Shown piece by piece: positions 1-8,773 of a DNA stretch of 25,003 nt. Under the pieces are notes generated by a model. It did not search any database. It was not told the DNA's origin and was given only the letters and a program-made list of their open reading frames with translations. This stretch comes from a virus. Its lineage: Duplodnaviria; Caudoviricetes. Each line of letters starts with the position of its first letter. Within the stretch, counting starts at the first letter, position 1. The stretch covers positions 1-25,003 of IMG/VR virus record IMGVR_UViG_3300032282_005369; one strand, 5' to 3'. The position numbers were made by a program, and so were the translations under genes.

Positions 1-1969
1 CAAGGTGCCGGTGCAGCCGATGTACCTCCCGCTGGCCTACAAGGACCCCGAGTTCGAGCCGGTCCTGTACGCGAAGACGGACGGCCGCGACTTTGACCCC
101 ACGGCGCTGGAAGGACTGGAGGAACTGCGCGGGAACGCGAACGCTCAGGACGGCGACGACGACTTGGGCGACATCGAGTACCTGCGCCAGCCGGTCGAGG
201 AGATCACCCGCGACGACATCGCCGACGCGCTCACGAAGATCCCGGCCGACTGCTCCATGCAGCAGTGGATCGAGGTCGGCATGGCCCTGAAGCATCAATT
301 CGGGGAAGCTGGTTTTACCCTTTGGGACGACTGGTCCGCCTCGTCGTCGGAGAAGTACCCCGGGCAGGAGGACATGGCGAAACGCTGGTCCTCGATGCGC
401 GGGCAGACCAAGGACCGCGTGCCCATCACGATCCGGTCCGTCATCCGCATCGCGACCGATGCGGGATGGAATAACCGGGGCGTGACGTCGCGGATGTTCG
501 ACCAGACCCGCGACTGGCTGCGCAACGCGGCCCGCACGTCCGAGGACCTGCTCGACCAAGGCCCCAAGCGGATCGCCCGGCTGGCCTCGGTGATCGGCCC
601 GATCCAGACCAAGGTCCTGATCGCCGATCTGCACGCCACAACGCGTTCTAGGGGCCTCCGCGGCCCGACCCAGCAGGACATAGGCAAGGAGGTCAATCGC
701 CTCTCCACGGCCGCCCTGCGGGCCGCCAGCGGGGCTCCTGCGTGGGCCTCCAACGTCGTCTTCCTGACGGCGCCGAACATTTTTTACCGCCCGCTCGACT
801 CGCGGAAGTTCCGCCGCGAGGTGATCGACCTGATCTACAAGTCGCCATCGCAGGACCTCTCCACGTCGCAGTACCTGATCCACGAGAGCGGAATACCAGT
901 TGTGGAGAATCTGCGTTACGATCCCTCCCAGACCAAGCGCCTCTTCACGCTCGACGGAGTGCCGTACATCAACGCGTACCGGCCGACGTATCCCAAGCCC
1001 GACCCGGCTCTCGCGGCCGAGGCCGAGCGCGTCGTGCGGAAACACATGGTGCGGCTGCTCGGCACCGCCTACTGGCGCGTCGGCATCGACTGGATCGCCT
1101 ATCAGGTCCAACACCCGGGGAAGAAGATTCGCTGGGTCCTGTTCGTTCAATCGGCGCCCGGTGCGGGCAAGGGCGCACTCGGCTACATCATCGAGATCGT
1201 CCTCGGCCGGACCAACGTGCAGCGCCTCGCGGCCGAGTTCACGATCGAGTCCGGGCACAACGGCTGGGCCGTCGGCTCTCAGGTGACGATCGTGGACGAG
1301 ATCCGCACCGGCATCATGGGGAACGGTCAGGCCCACCGCCAGATGGACAAGTGGAAGACCATGATCTCCGACGACCACATTTCGGTGCGCAACCTGTACG
1401 AGCCCGTGCAAACCGTGCCGAACATCACGAACTGGCTCATGTTCTCCAACCACCGCGACGCGATCGCGGTCACGAAGCATGACCGCCGCTACTGCGCGAT
1501 CGCCTCGCCGCTCCAGACCCGGGCGCAAGTGCTGGCGGTCGGCGCCGACGAGTACACGCAGTTGTACGCGGACATCGACCGGCTGGCCGGCGGCCTCCGC
1601 TACTTCTTCGAGAACTGGAAAATCAGTTCTGACTTCAACCCGAACGGTCACGCGCCGCAGACCGACTTCCTGAACGAGATGGCCCGCCTGACCGCGAGCC
1701 CGCTCCGCCGGGCGGTCGAGGAGGCGCTCGACGACCAGCCGCACGCCCTCGTGCGCAAGGACCTCGTCTCCGTCGGCGTGCTGCGCCAGATGCTGCCCCG
1801 CGACGGCCTGCCCCACTTCAGCGACCAAGGTCTCGCGAACATCCTGCGCGAGGACGGTTACGTCTACGCCGGCCGGCACGTCATCGACGGCGAGCGGCAT
1901 AACCTCTGGGCGCTGGAGGGAGTGACCGACGTGCTCGCGAAGGCCCGCGCCCGCGTCGAATTTTTGTGA
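1..1969 (+). CDS. Phage primase-helicase (PriCT-2 domain plus SF3/D5-like, DUF5906-type helicase), probably 5'-truncated by the window edge
   Basis: PriCT-2-like segment IADALTKIPAD..WIEVGMALKH..GFTLWDDWS..KY; Walker A QSAPGAGKG; Walker B TIVDEI; motif C WLMFSNH. The frame is open to the window edge and the prim-pol catalytic domain is not visible. Confidence 0.85.
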   Translation, partial: KVPVQPMYLPLAYKDPEFEPVLYAKTDGRDFDPTALEGLEELRGNANAQDGDDDLGDIEYLRQPVEEITRDDIADALTKIPADCSMQQWIEVGMALKHQFGEAGFTLWDDWSASSSEKYPGQEDMAKRWSSMRGQTKDRVPITIRSVIRIATDAGWNNRGVTSRMFDQTRDWLRNAARTSEDLLDQGPKRIARLASVIGPIQTKVLIADLHATTRSRGLRGPTQQDIGKEVNRLSTAALRAASGAPAWASNVVFLTAPNIFYRPLDSRKFRREVIDLIYKSPSQDLSTSQYLIHESGIPVVENLRYDPSQTKRLFTLDGVPYINAYRPTYPKPDPALAAEAERVVRKHMVRLLGTAYWRVGIDWIAYQVQHPGKKIRWVLFVQSAPGAGKGALGYIIEIVLGRTNVQRLAAEFTIESGHNGWAVGSQVTIVDEIRTGIMGNGQAHRQMDKWKTMISDDHISVRNLYEPVQTVPNITNWLMFSNHRDAIAVTKHDRRYCAIASPLQTRAQVLAVGADEYTQLYADIDRLAGGLRYFFENWKISSDFNPNGHAPQTDFLNEMARLTASPLRRAVEEALDDQPHALVRKDLVSVGVLRQMLPRDGLPHFSDQGLANILREDGYVYAGRHVIDGERHNLWALEGVTDVLAKARARVEFL

Positions 1970-2016
1970 TCCCTGTTGACAACGTACAAAAAAAGTATCT
2001 GTACCTAATCCCCGCC
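1970..2016 (+). promoter_or_regulatory. AT-rich putative promoter/operator upstream of the nuclease-SSB-polymerase genes
   Basis: Perfect TTGACA at 1976-1981, A7 tract at 1988-1994, and inverted repeat GTACA(1984-1988)-N11-TGTAC(2000-2004). No canonical -10 at 17-bp spacing. Confidence 0.45.
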
Positions 2017-2151
2017 ATGAGAACCCGCAAATGCTACGGCCGCGTCGTCATCGACCCCCGGCCGTCCTTCACGCAGCTCGCGCTGCTTCACGTCGCCGCG
2101 TTCCTGACCGGCGCCATCCTCAGCGTCCTCCTCGTCCACCTTTTCCTATGA
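2017..2151 (+). CDS. Small hypothetical membrane protein (44 aa)
   Basis: ATG at 2017 follows the AT-rich tract. C-terminal hydrophobic helix LALLHVAAFLTGAILSVLLVHLFL. Its stop overlaps the next start (ATGA). Confidence 0.55.
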   Translation: MRTRKCYGRVVIDPRPSFTQLALLHVAAFLTGAILSVLLVHLFL

Positions 2152-2627
2152 TCGAACAAAAAATCGACCAGCTCATCGAAGCCATCAACAGCCTCACCGA
2201 GGCTCTCAACTCCCGCGCCGACGGCATGGACTGCTGCGGCGACGACGGTCACGAGACCAAGGAGCAGAAGGTGCTCCAGAACATCGTGGACACGCTCGGC
2301 GGTCAGAAGCCCCGCAAGGAGCGCAAGAAGAAGGAGGCGCCCGCGACCACGACGACCGACTCGTCGGGTTCCGACATCGCGACCTACAACGTCGCGCCGG
2401 TCGCCGAGCCGGCCCCGGCTCCCGCGCCGGCTCCCGCGCCGGAGCCCGCCCTGACCGTCGCCGACCTGCGCGAGGTTGCCCAGAAGGCCCTCGACGCCGG
2501 CAAGCTGAACGAGGTCATTGCACTGAACAAGGAATACGGACTGAAGCGTATTTCCGACGCCAACCCCGCCCAGTACGGCGAGATCATCGCCAAGCTGAAC
2601 GCGCTCCTCTCCGATGGGCAGGCGTGA
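2148..2627 (+). CDS. Phage hypothetical protein with (AP)n linker and C-terminal helical domain, of the type found upstream of DUF2800
   Basis: ATGA-coupled start MIEQKIDQLIEAINSL; Ala-Pro linker; C-terminal domain LTVADLREVA..LNKEYGLKRISD..YGEIIAKL; position fits APSE-like replication modules. Confidence 0.75.
   Translation: MIEQKIDQLIEAINSLTEALNSRADGMDCCGDDGHETKEQKVLQNIVDTLGGQKPRKERKKKEAPATTTTDSSGSDIATYNVAPVAEPAPAPAPAPAPEPALTVADLREVAQKALDAGKLNEVIALNKEYGLKRISDANPAQYGEIIAKLNALLSDGQA
2409..2450 (+). repeat. Short tandem repeat encoding an (Ala-Pro)n linker
   Basis: ccggccccggctcccgcgccggctcccgcgccggagcccgcc; contains a 12-bp unit (ccggctcccgcg) twice. Confidence 0.7.
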
Positions 2628-3762
2628 CACCATCGACCTCGGACCCTCGGCGGCGCATCGCTGGACGCGATGCACCGCGAGCCCGAAGTTCATCCTCGCC
2701 CACGCGAGCGAACTGCCCGACGACTCGTCGGTCTTCGCCGACGAGGGCACGCAGGCCCACGAGGTCGCCGCGACCATGCTGGAGGGCAAGGGCGTCCAGC
2801 CCGGCACGTCCCCCGACATGCTGAAGAACGTGCAGGTCTACGTGGAACACGTTCGCTCCCACCAGACCGCAGGGGCGCGACTCTCGATCGAGAAGCGCGT
2901 CCCGCTGTTCTACCTCAACTCCCGCAACGGCGTTGTCGATGCCGCGACTCAGTCTCCCGATGCCCTGTGGATCGATGACTTGAAGTACGGCGTCGGCGTG
3001 AGCGTCGATGCGTTCGAGAATCAGCAGCTCGCCATCTACGCCGAGTCGATGATCCGCCAGTGGGAACTCATCACCGAGTACAGCCCCGAGATGCCGGTGC
3101 ATCTGTCGATCGTGCAGCCGCGGGACCGGAACAACCCGGTTGCCGTGCGGACGTGGACCTTGACCCGGCGCGAGCTGGCGATGTTCACGACCCAGATCGG
3201 CGCGAAGGCTTGGCAGGCGATGAACGGGGAGACTCAGTTCTCGCCAAGCTACGAGGCGTGCAAGTTCTGCCCCGCGAAGGGCATTTGCTCCGCCTACGCG
3301 ACGCAGGGCCTCACCGCCCTGCCGGCCGAGGCCCGCGTGATCAACCTGCCCGACCCCGGCGCCCTCACCCGCGAGCAGCGCGTGCAGGTGCTGAAGGCCG
3401 AGAAGGTGCTGCGCGACTGGCTCAACGCGGTGGCGACTCAGGAACTTTCCGACCTGATGAACGGCGCGGAGCCGCAAGGCTTCAAGCTGGTCGCGGGTCG
3501 CACCGACAGGACGTGGGTGGACGAAGAGGCGGCTCTGAAGCTCCTCAACAACCACCTGACCATCGACGAGCTGAGGCCCCGCGCCGACCTCATCTCGCCC
3601 GCACAAGCAGAAAAGGCGCTCAAGGGCATCGAACTGTCCACGAAGTTCCAGAACAAGCTGGAGGCCCTCATCACGAGGCCGGAAGGCAAACCGACTCTGG
3701 CGCACGAGGACGACAAGAGGCCCGCAATCCAAACGCAGTTCCAAAACATCGACGTCATATGA
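2614..3762 (+). CDS. DUF2800-family Cas4-like PD-(D/E)XK exonuclease
   Basis: PSAAHRWTRC, ADEGTQAHE, GVVD..DDLKYG, NQQLAIYA and a Cys cluster CKFCPAKGIC; directly upstream of the SSB and polymerase. Confidence 0.88.
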   Translation: MGRRDTIDLGPSAAHRWTRCTASPKFILAHASELPDDSSVFADEGTQAHEVAATMLEGKGVQPGTSPDMLKNVQVYVEHVRSHQTAGARLSIEKRVPLFYLNSRNGVVDAATQSPDALWIDDLKYGVGVSVDAFENQQLAIYAESMIRQWELITEYSPEMPVHLSIVQPRDRNNPVAVRTWTLTRRELAMFTTQIGAKAWQAMNGETQFSPSYEACKFCPAKGICSAYATQGLTALPAEARVINLPDPGALTREQRVQVLKAEKVLRDWLNAVATQELSDLMNGAEPQGFKLVAGRTDRTWVDEEAALKLLNNHLTIDELRPRADLISPAQAEKALKGIELSTKFQNKLEALITRPEGKPTLAHEDDKRPAIQTQFQNIDVI

Positions 3763-4295
3763 GCAAAGTCATCAAGTTGAACAATGTCCGCCTGAGCTTC
3801 CCCGCCCTGTGGACCCCCCGCAAGTTCGCGCCCGATGCCAAAGACAGCTACAGCGCGACCTTCATCCTCGACAAGAAAATCAACGCGATCGAGATCGCGG
3901 AGATCAAGCGCACGATCGACCTGCTGGTTCGTGAGAACCTGAAGGGCAAGCACCCCGGTGCGACCAAGATCGCGCTCCACGACGGTTCCGAAAAGCCCGA
4001 CGTGGACGGCTACGGCGAGGGGGTCATGTACCTCAGCGCCCGGACCGACAAGGCTCCGCCGGTGATCGACCGCAACATGGACCCGCTGGTCGAGGCCGAC
4101 AACAAGCCCGTGGCCGGCGACTACGTCCGGGCCACGATCGAGCTGTGGGCTCAGGACAACCAGTACGGCAAGCGCATCAATGCGAAGCTGCGTGGTGTGC
4201 AGTTCTACAAGGCCGGCACTCCGTTTGGCGAAGGCCGGATCGACGTCAGCAAGGAGTTCAGTCCGATCGAGGACGACGACGAGCAGCCGATCTGA
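3759..4295 (+). CDS. Single-stranded DNA-binding protein (DUF2815 / T7 gp2.5-like)
   Basis: ATGA-coupled start MSKVIKLNNVRLSFPALW; YSATFIL; AGDYVRATI; INAKLRGVQF; acidic tail EDDDEQPI. Confidence 0.88.
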   Translation: MSKVIKLNNVRLSFPALWTPRKFAPDAKDSYSATFILDKKINAIEIAEIKRTIDLLVRENLKGKHPGATKIALHDGSEKPDVDGYGEGVMYLSARTDKAPPVIDRNMDPLVEADNKPVAGDYVRATIELWAQDNQYGKRINAKLRGVQFYKAGTPFGEGRIDVSKEFSPIEDDDEQPI

Positions 4296-4366
4296 AGACT
4301 TGCCAGTGTAGTGAGTGAAGCGTGACGAGACTGGGCAACCTGCGTGAGTGGTGGCCCACCAATTTT

Positions 4367-6304
4367 GTGAAAGTCCATTTAGACATCGAAACCCGCAGCC
4401 GTGTGGACCTGTCCAGCGTTGGTTCCTACCGCTACGGATGCGACCCCTCGACCCGCGTGCTGATGGCCGCGGTGTCCGAGGAGGCGGCGAACGCGCCGAT
4501 CTACCTCTGGGTGCATCCCGATCATCGCGACGCCGGCGTGGTGAGCGATCCCGAGGCGCAGGAGCTGCTGGCTCAGGCGACCGAGGTGCGTGCGTTCAAC
4601 GCCCCGTTCGAGCAGTCCGTCCTGCACGGCACCGCGTGGCGCCCGTTCGTCAAGCTGGAGAGTTTCCGTTGCACGCAGGCAATGGCCCGGATCGCCGGCC
4701 TGCCTGATTCGCTGGAGAAGTGCGGCGAGGCCCTGAACATCTCGGCGAAAAAAGACCGCAAGGGCAAGGACCTGATCAAGCTCTTCTCGATCCCGAACGA
4801 GGACGGCACGTTCAACGACCCGGCCGACCACGTCGAGAAGTGGAAGCTGTTCGCCGAGTATTGCCGGCAGGACGTGCGGGCCGAGAAGGAGATCCACCGC
4901 ATCCTGCGCCCCAAGTTCGACCTCACCGGTCTCAACTTGGACACGTTCCTGTTCACCATGCGCATGAACGCGCTCGGCGTCCCGGTGAACGTGCGTGCGC
5001 TCAAGAACGCGCAGGCCGTGATCGACGACGTTCAGGAGTTTGCGACGATGCGTTTCCGCGCCATCACCGGGCTCCAGATCACGCAAAGGGCGAAGGTCCT
5101 CGCGTGGCTGCAAGCGGCGGGCGTCCCGATCGACAACATGCAGGGCGACACCCTCATGGCGCTCGATCGCTCAAAGCTGCCCGAGCTGGTGATGGAAGCG
5201 GTCACGCTCTACATTCAGCTCTCCTACGCCGCCGCGAAGAAGGTCACGTCCATGCTCGACTGGGCGATGCCCGACGGCCGCATGCGTGGCGTGTTCAAGT
5301 TCTACGGAGCCGGCACCGGCCGGTGGAGCGCGGGCGGCCCTCAGATCCAGAACGCGAAGAAGGCGACCCCGGAGATGCGCCCCCTGACCAAGCCCGCCTA
5401 TGCCGCCATCTGCCGCGGCATCACCGGCACTGGTCTTTCCGCGGTCTACGGCGACCCGATGGAAGTCATCGCGTCGTGCGTGCGTCACTTCATCCATCAC
5501 CCGAACGGCGACCTGCTCGACGCCGACTACAACGCGATCGAGGCCCGAGTGATCTGCTGGCTCGCCGGCGAGAACGAGGCCCTCAAGGCGTGGGCCAGCG
5601 GCACCGACCAGTACAAGAAGATGGCGTCCGTCATCTACAACGTCTCCGTGCAATCGGTTACCCCGGATCAGCGGGACATGGGCAAGCGCACCATCCTCGG
5701 CTGCGGCTACGGCATGGGTGCAGCCAAGTTCCTTTCGACCTGCCAGCAGTTTGGCGTCGAGTGCGACGAGGATCTCGCCGAACGCGCCGTCATGGCGTAC
5801 CGTGACCTGCACCCCGCCATCACGGCCTACTGGCGCAGGTTGAACGCCGATGCCATGAACGCGGTGCGCCGTCCGGGCGTGCGATTCAAGGAATTCGTTG
5901 TCGAGAACGCGGCCGGGCGCACGTACCTGTTCGCCCGGTTGCCGTCCGGCCGCCAGCTCGCTTATCCCGACCCTCAGATCGGTCACGATCCGCAGTTTGG
6001 CGACCAGTTGACCTACTGGGGCCAGATTCCGATGTCGGTTCAGATGGGCCGGATCAAGCTATACGGCGGCAAGCTGGCCGAGAACCGTTCCCAAGCGGTC
6101 GCGGCCGACATCATGTCGCACGGCGCCCGCACCGCGGAGGAGCGTGGCATGCCACCCTTTGCGCTGATTCACGACCAAGCCCTTGCCCTGCGCCAAGGAC
6201 GCTCGCCCATCGAGTTTGCCGCGGCCCTGACCGATCTCCCTCCGTGGGCGCGTACCCTGCCGCTGAAGGCCGAGGCGAAGATCGCACCCTATTACCAGAA
6301 ATGA
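4367..6304 (+). CDS. Family A DNA polymerase with 3'-5' exonuclease domain (start may be GTG 4367 or GTG 4322)
   Basis: ExoI HLDIETRS, ExoII AFNAPFE, ExoIII YCRQDV; TGRWS..QIQN; motif A DADYNAIEARV; motif B RDMGKRTILGCGYG; motif C IHDQ. Confidence 0.95.
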   Translation: MKVHLDIETRSRVDLSSVGSYRYGCDPSTRVLMAAVSEEAANAPIYLWVHPDHRDAGVVSDPEAQELLAQATEVRAFNAPFEQSVLHGTAWRPFVKLESFRCTQAMARIAGLPDSLEKCGEALNISAKKDRKGKDLIKLFSIPNEDGTFNDPADHVEKWKLFAEYCRQDVRAEKEIHRILRPKFDLTGLNLDTFLFTMRMNALGVPVNVRALKNAQAVIDDVQEFATMRFRAITGLQITQRAKVLAWLQAAGVPIDNMQGDTLMALDRSKLPELVMEAVTLYIQLSYAAAKKVTSMLDWAMPDGRMRGVFKFYGAGTGRWSAGGPQIQNAKKATPEMRPLTKPAYAAICRGITGTGLSAVYGDPMEVIASCVRHFIHHPNGDLLDADYNAIEARVICWLAGENEALKAWASGTDQYKKMASVIYNVSVQSVTPDQRDMGKRTILGCGYGMGAAKFLSTCQQFGVECDEDLAERAVMAYRDLHPAITAYWRRLNADAMNAVRRPGVRFKEFVVENAAGRTYLFARLPSGRQLAYPDPQIGHDPQFGDQLTYWGQIPMSVQMGRIKLYGGKLAENRSQAVAADIMSHGARTAEERGMPPFALIHDQALALRQGRSPIEFAAALTDLPPWARTLPLKAEAKIAPYYQK

Positions 6305-6570
6305 AAATACCACAGAAATACCAGATCTTCGACGAGTTCGTCGAGTTCAGCGACAAGGACCAAGAGCGGCTCAAGGTGCATCTCGTCGGGTGGAATCACC
6401 TGAACGAGATCCTGCTCCTCGGCAGTGTCAACGAGGCCGACCTGAAACGCTTGGTCATCCTTGAACTCTCCGGGTCCCGCCGCATGGACATCGTCAACCG
6501 GCTCCTCGGCCGGCTCGCCAAAGTTCAACGCCGCCGACTGCGCGAGCGCATCCAGAAACTCGTTTTGTAG
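6301..6570 (+). CDS. Phage hypothetical protein (89 aa, helical, basic C-terminus)
   Basis: ATG at 6301 overlaps the polymerase stop (ATGA); codon usage matches neighbours; fills the gap between polymerase and VRR-NUC genes. Confidence 0.7.
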   Translation: MKIPQKYQIFDEFVEFSDKDQERLKVHLVGWNHLNEILLLGSVNEADLKRLVILELSGSRRMDIVNRLLGRLAKVQRRRLRERIQKLVL

Positions 6571-6573
6571 ACC

Positions 6574-6774
6574 ATGAAAAAATACTACGTAGCCGCCAAC
6601 ATCCTCGGAGCCGTCGAGGTCAAAGCCGACAGCGCCGAGGAAGCCCACGCCAAGGCCAGCAAGTTCCTCTCCAAGAGGTTCAAGCTCCAACCTCAGCCCA
6701 CCGGGATCTGGGTCTTTGAGAAGGCCGAGGACCGCGCCAATGCTGGAGTCCCAACTGGAGAAACGGTTGGTTGA
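6574..6774 (+). CDS. Phage hypothetical protein (66 aa)
   Basis: Start 3 nt after the previous stop; GAVEVKADSAEEAHAKA resembles small phage beta-beta-alpha proteins. Confidence 0.6.
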   Translation: MKKYYVAANILGAVEVKADSAEEAHAKASKFLSKRFKLQPQPTGIWVFEKAEDRANAGVPTGETVG

Positions 6775-7042
6775 GTGGTGCAGGCGCAACGGCCTGCTCA
6801 CCTACAAGTTCGTCTCTCCGAACAACCGCGGAGTGCCCGACCGGATCATCATCTGGCAAGGGCGCATCCTGTTCCTCGAATTGAAACAACCGGGCGCCAA
6901 GCCCACCAAGCTGCAATTTCATGAGATGAAGCGCCTCGCCGATGCCGGCTGTCTCGTCAGATGGGCCGACAATTTCGACGAGGCACTTCACCACATTTCG
7001 GGCCTCATGGCCCACAACCACAACAAGTCAGGAGAAGAGTGA
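6740..7042 (+). CDS. VRR-NUC domain nuclease
   Basis: MLESQLEKRL..KFVSPNNRGVPDRIII..FLELKQPGAKPTKLQ: PD-(D/E)XK VRR-NUC pattern, near an SNF2 helicase. Confidence 0.9.
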   Translation: MLESQLEKRLVEWCRRNGLLTYKFVSPNNRGVPDRIIIWQGRILFLELKQPGAKPTKLQFHEMKRLADAGCLVRWADNFDEALHHISGLMAHNHNKSGEE

Positions 7043-7046
7043 GCAT

Positions 7047-7457
7047 ATGAGTACCAAGAGCCATGCCAAAATCGTGACCGATCCGCGTGACCTGCCCGCC
7101 GGGCTTGTTCGCGCCGCGTCATTCGTCAAACGCGAGGCGGACCTGATCCGCATTGCCGTCAATCAGGGAAAGCTGAAAGGATGGAAGTTTGTCCTCGATG
7201 GGGACGCTCCTTGCCGGGGAACGGTCTACGTGAAACCGGAAGACGCGAAGGTGTTCCTGCGCAAATTCTACGAGCGTCACGAGGAAAAGGTTCCTCAGAA
7301 CCTGACCGTGCCTCCCGCTCCGCAGTCGCTCGACGCGAAGATGGAAGCCATCCACGGCTGCCTCCTTCGGATCGAGTCCCTGCTGGAAGATGTCCTCACC
7401 CGGCCTCACATGAAGCACGAGGATCCGAACCAGATCCCGTTGGACTTGTCCGCGTGA
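7047..7457 (+). CDS. Hypothetical protein, possible excisionase/MerR-like winged-helix DNA-binding protein
   Basis: GGAG Shine-Dalgarno-like sequence upstream; LIRIAVNQGKLKGWK..VYVKPEDAKVFL resembles the Xis-like HTH pattern; ends in QIPLDLSA. Confidence 0.6.
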   Translation: MSTKSHAKIVTDPRDLPAGLVRAASFVKREADLIRIAVNQGKLKGWKFVLDGDAPCRGTVYVKPEDAKVFLRKFYERHEEKVPQNLTVPPAPQSLDAKMEAIHGCLLRIESLLEDVLTRPHMKHEDPNQIPLDLSA

Positions 7458-8773
7458 AGCTGACCCTCGAACCTTACCAGCAGGTCATGCGCGACCATCT
7501 GCTCACGCATGACCGGGCCTACGCCTGCGTGGGCCTTGGACTGGGCAAGACCGCGACCACTCTCTCCGCCCTGAACACGCTGTTTCAGGACGGAGAGATT
7601 GAGTCGGTCCTGATCGTCGCCCCCAAGCGCGTGGCCCGCATGACGTGGCCGAACGAACTCGCGAAGTGGGACGAGTTCCGCTGGATGAAGATCGAGCACC
7701 TGACCGGGCGCGAGCCGTCCGGCAAGGCTCAGATTTACCTCATTAACTACGACCGACTGGGCCAGCTTTCGGACCTGTCATTCTGTGACGTCGTGGTCTT
7801 CGACGAGATCACGAAAGCCAAGAACCCCCAGAGCAAGCGGATCAACGCGATCCGGCCGCTCTTCAGGCATCACCGTCGGTGGGGGCTGACTGGGACGCCC
7901 CGGCCGAACAGCCTCATGGAGCTTTTCGGTCAGGTGCGCCTGCTCGACGACGGCAAAAGGCTGGGCCGCGCCTTCACGGCGTTTCGCGACCAGCATTTTT
8001 ACCCGACCGACTACATGCGCTACAACTGGGCGCCCAAACCCGGTGCGGAAAACCAAGTCTACGCAAAGATCTCGGACATCACCCTCACTCTGCGCAGCTC
8101 CGACTACCTGCCCGTGCCCGACGCGATACTGGATGACGTCGAGCTTGCCCTCCCGCCGGCCGCGCAGGACGCCTACGACGAGCTGGAGCGCGAGTTCCTA
8201 GTCTTGACCAAGGATGGCGAAGTCGTGGCTCGTAACGCAGCCGTTTTGGCCGGGAAGCTGCACCAGATGGCGGGGGGCATCGTCTACAACGACGACCAGA
8301 CCCTGTCGCCGTTGCACAACGTGAAGATCGGGGCCTTGGCCGGCATCGCCGGCGAATTGAAGGAACCGGTTCTGGTGGCGTGCAACTACGTCCATGAACG
8401 GGAGCGCGTGGTGGCCGCGATCCCGGGAGCCGTCGATGCCGCGAAGTTCAAGGGCGACATCGAGAAGGCTTGGAACAGCAAAAAGATCCCGATGCTGGTG
8501 GCGGATCCTCGCTCGTTGGGGCACGGCCTCAACTTGCAGGAAGGGGGGAGGACCGTGATCTGGTACAGCCCGACGTGGTCCCGCGAACTGTACGACCAGT
8601 TCAATGCCCGCGTCGCCCGCAAGGGTCAGGGTCAACAACCCCTGATTTATCGCATCCTCGCCAAGGGAACGATCGATGAAGCAATCGTCGAAACCCTGCG
8701 AGAGCGGGGCGACGCGCAGAACGCGATGCTCCGGGTGATGTCCAACTATCGGAAGCTGGCTACACGCCGGTGA
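7454..8773 (+). CDS. SNF2-like (SF2) DNA helicase
   Basis: GTGA-coupled start; Q motif LEPYQ; Walker A GLGKT; VFDEIT; LTGTP; GHGLNLQ; QFNARVARKGQ. Confidence 0.92.
   Translation: MKLTLEPYQQVMRDHLLTHDRAYACVGLGLGKTATTLSALNTLFQDGEIESVLIVAPKRVARMTWPNELAKWDEFRWMKIEHLTGREPSGKAQIYLINYDRLGQLSDLSFCDVVVFDEITKAKNPQSKRINAIRPLFRHHRRWGLTGTPRPNSLMELFGQVRLLDDGKRLGRAFTAFRDQHFYPTDYMRYNWAPKPGAENQVYAKISDITLTLRSSDYLPVPDAILDDVELALPPAAQDAYDELEREFLVLTKDGEVVARNAAVLAGKLHQMAGGIVYNDDQTLSPLHNVKIGALAGIAGELKEPVLVACNYVHERERVVAAIPGAVDAAKFKGDIEKAWNSKKIPMLVADPRSLGHGLNLQEGGRTVIWYSPTWSRELYDQFNARVARKGQGQQPLIYRILAKGTIDEAIVETLRERGDAQNAMLRVMSNYRKLATRR

Noticed and set aside
1958-1969. Possible programmed frameshift at GAATTTTTGTGA fusing the primase to the 1966 ORF
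   Set aside because: Not a canonical slippery heptamer, no downstream structure, and the following DNA looks like a promoter region.
3060-3758. N-terminal extensions in the ORF track (3060 for SSB, 7181 for helicase, 2031, 6244, 6716, 6942, 9702, 11310, 20819, 22493)
   Set aside because: They overlap neighbouring genes or promoter DNA; internal starts at stop-start junctions give the expected domain boundaries.
2614-3762. Cas4-like nuclease as evidence of a CRISPR-Cas system
   Set aside because: No cas1/cas2 or array is present; a DUF2800 nuclease beside SSB and PolA is a standard phage replication gene.
8760-8773. Terminator at the convergence of the helicase and Dps-like genes
   Set aside because: The two stops overlap by 14 nt and no hairpin with a U-tract is visible.
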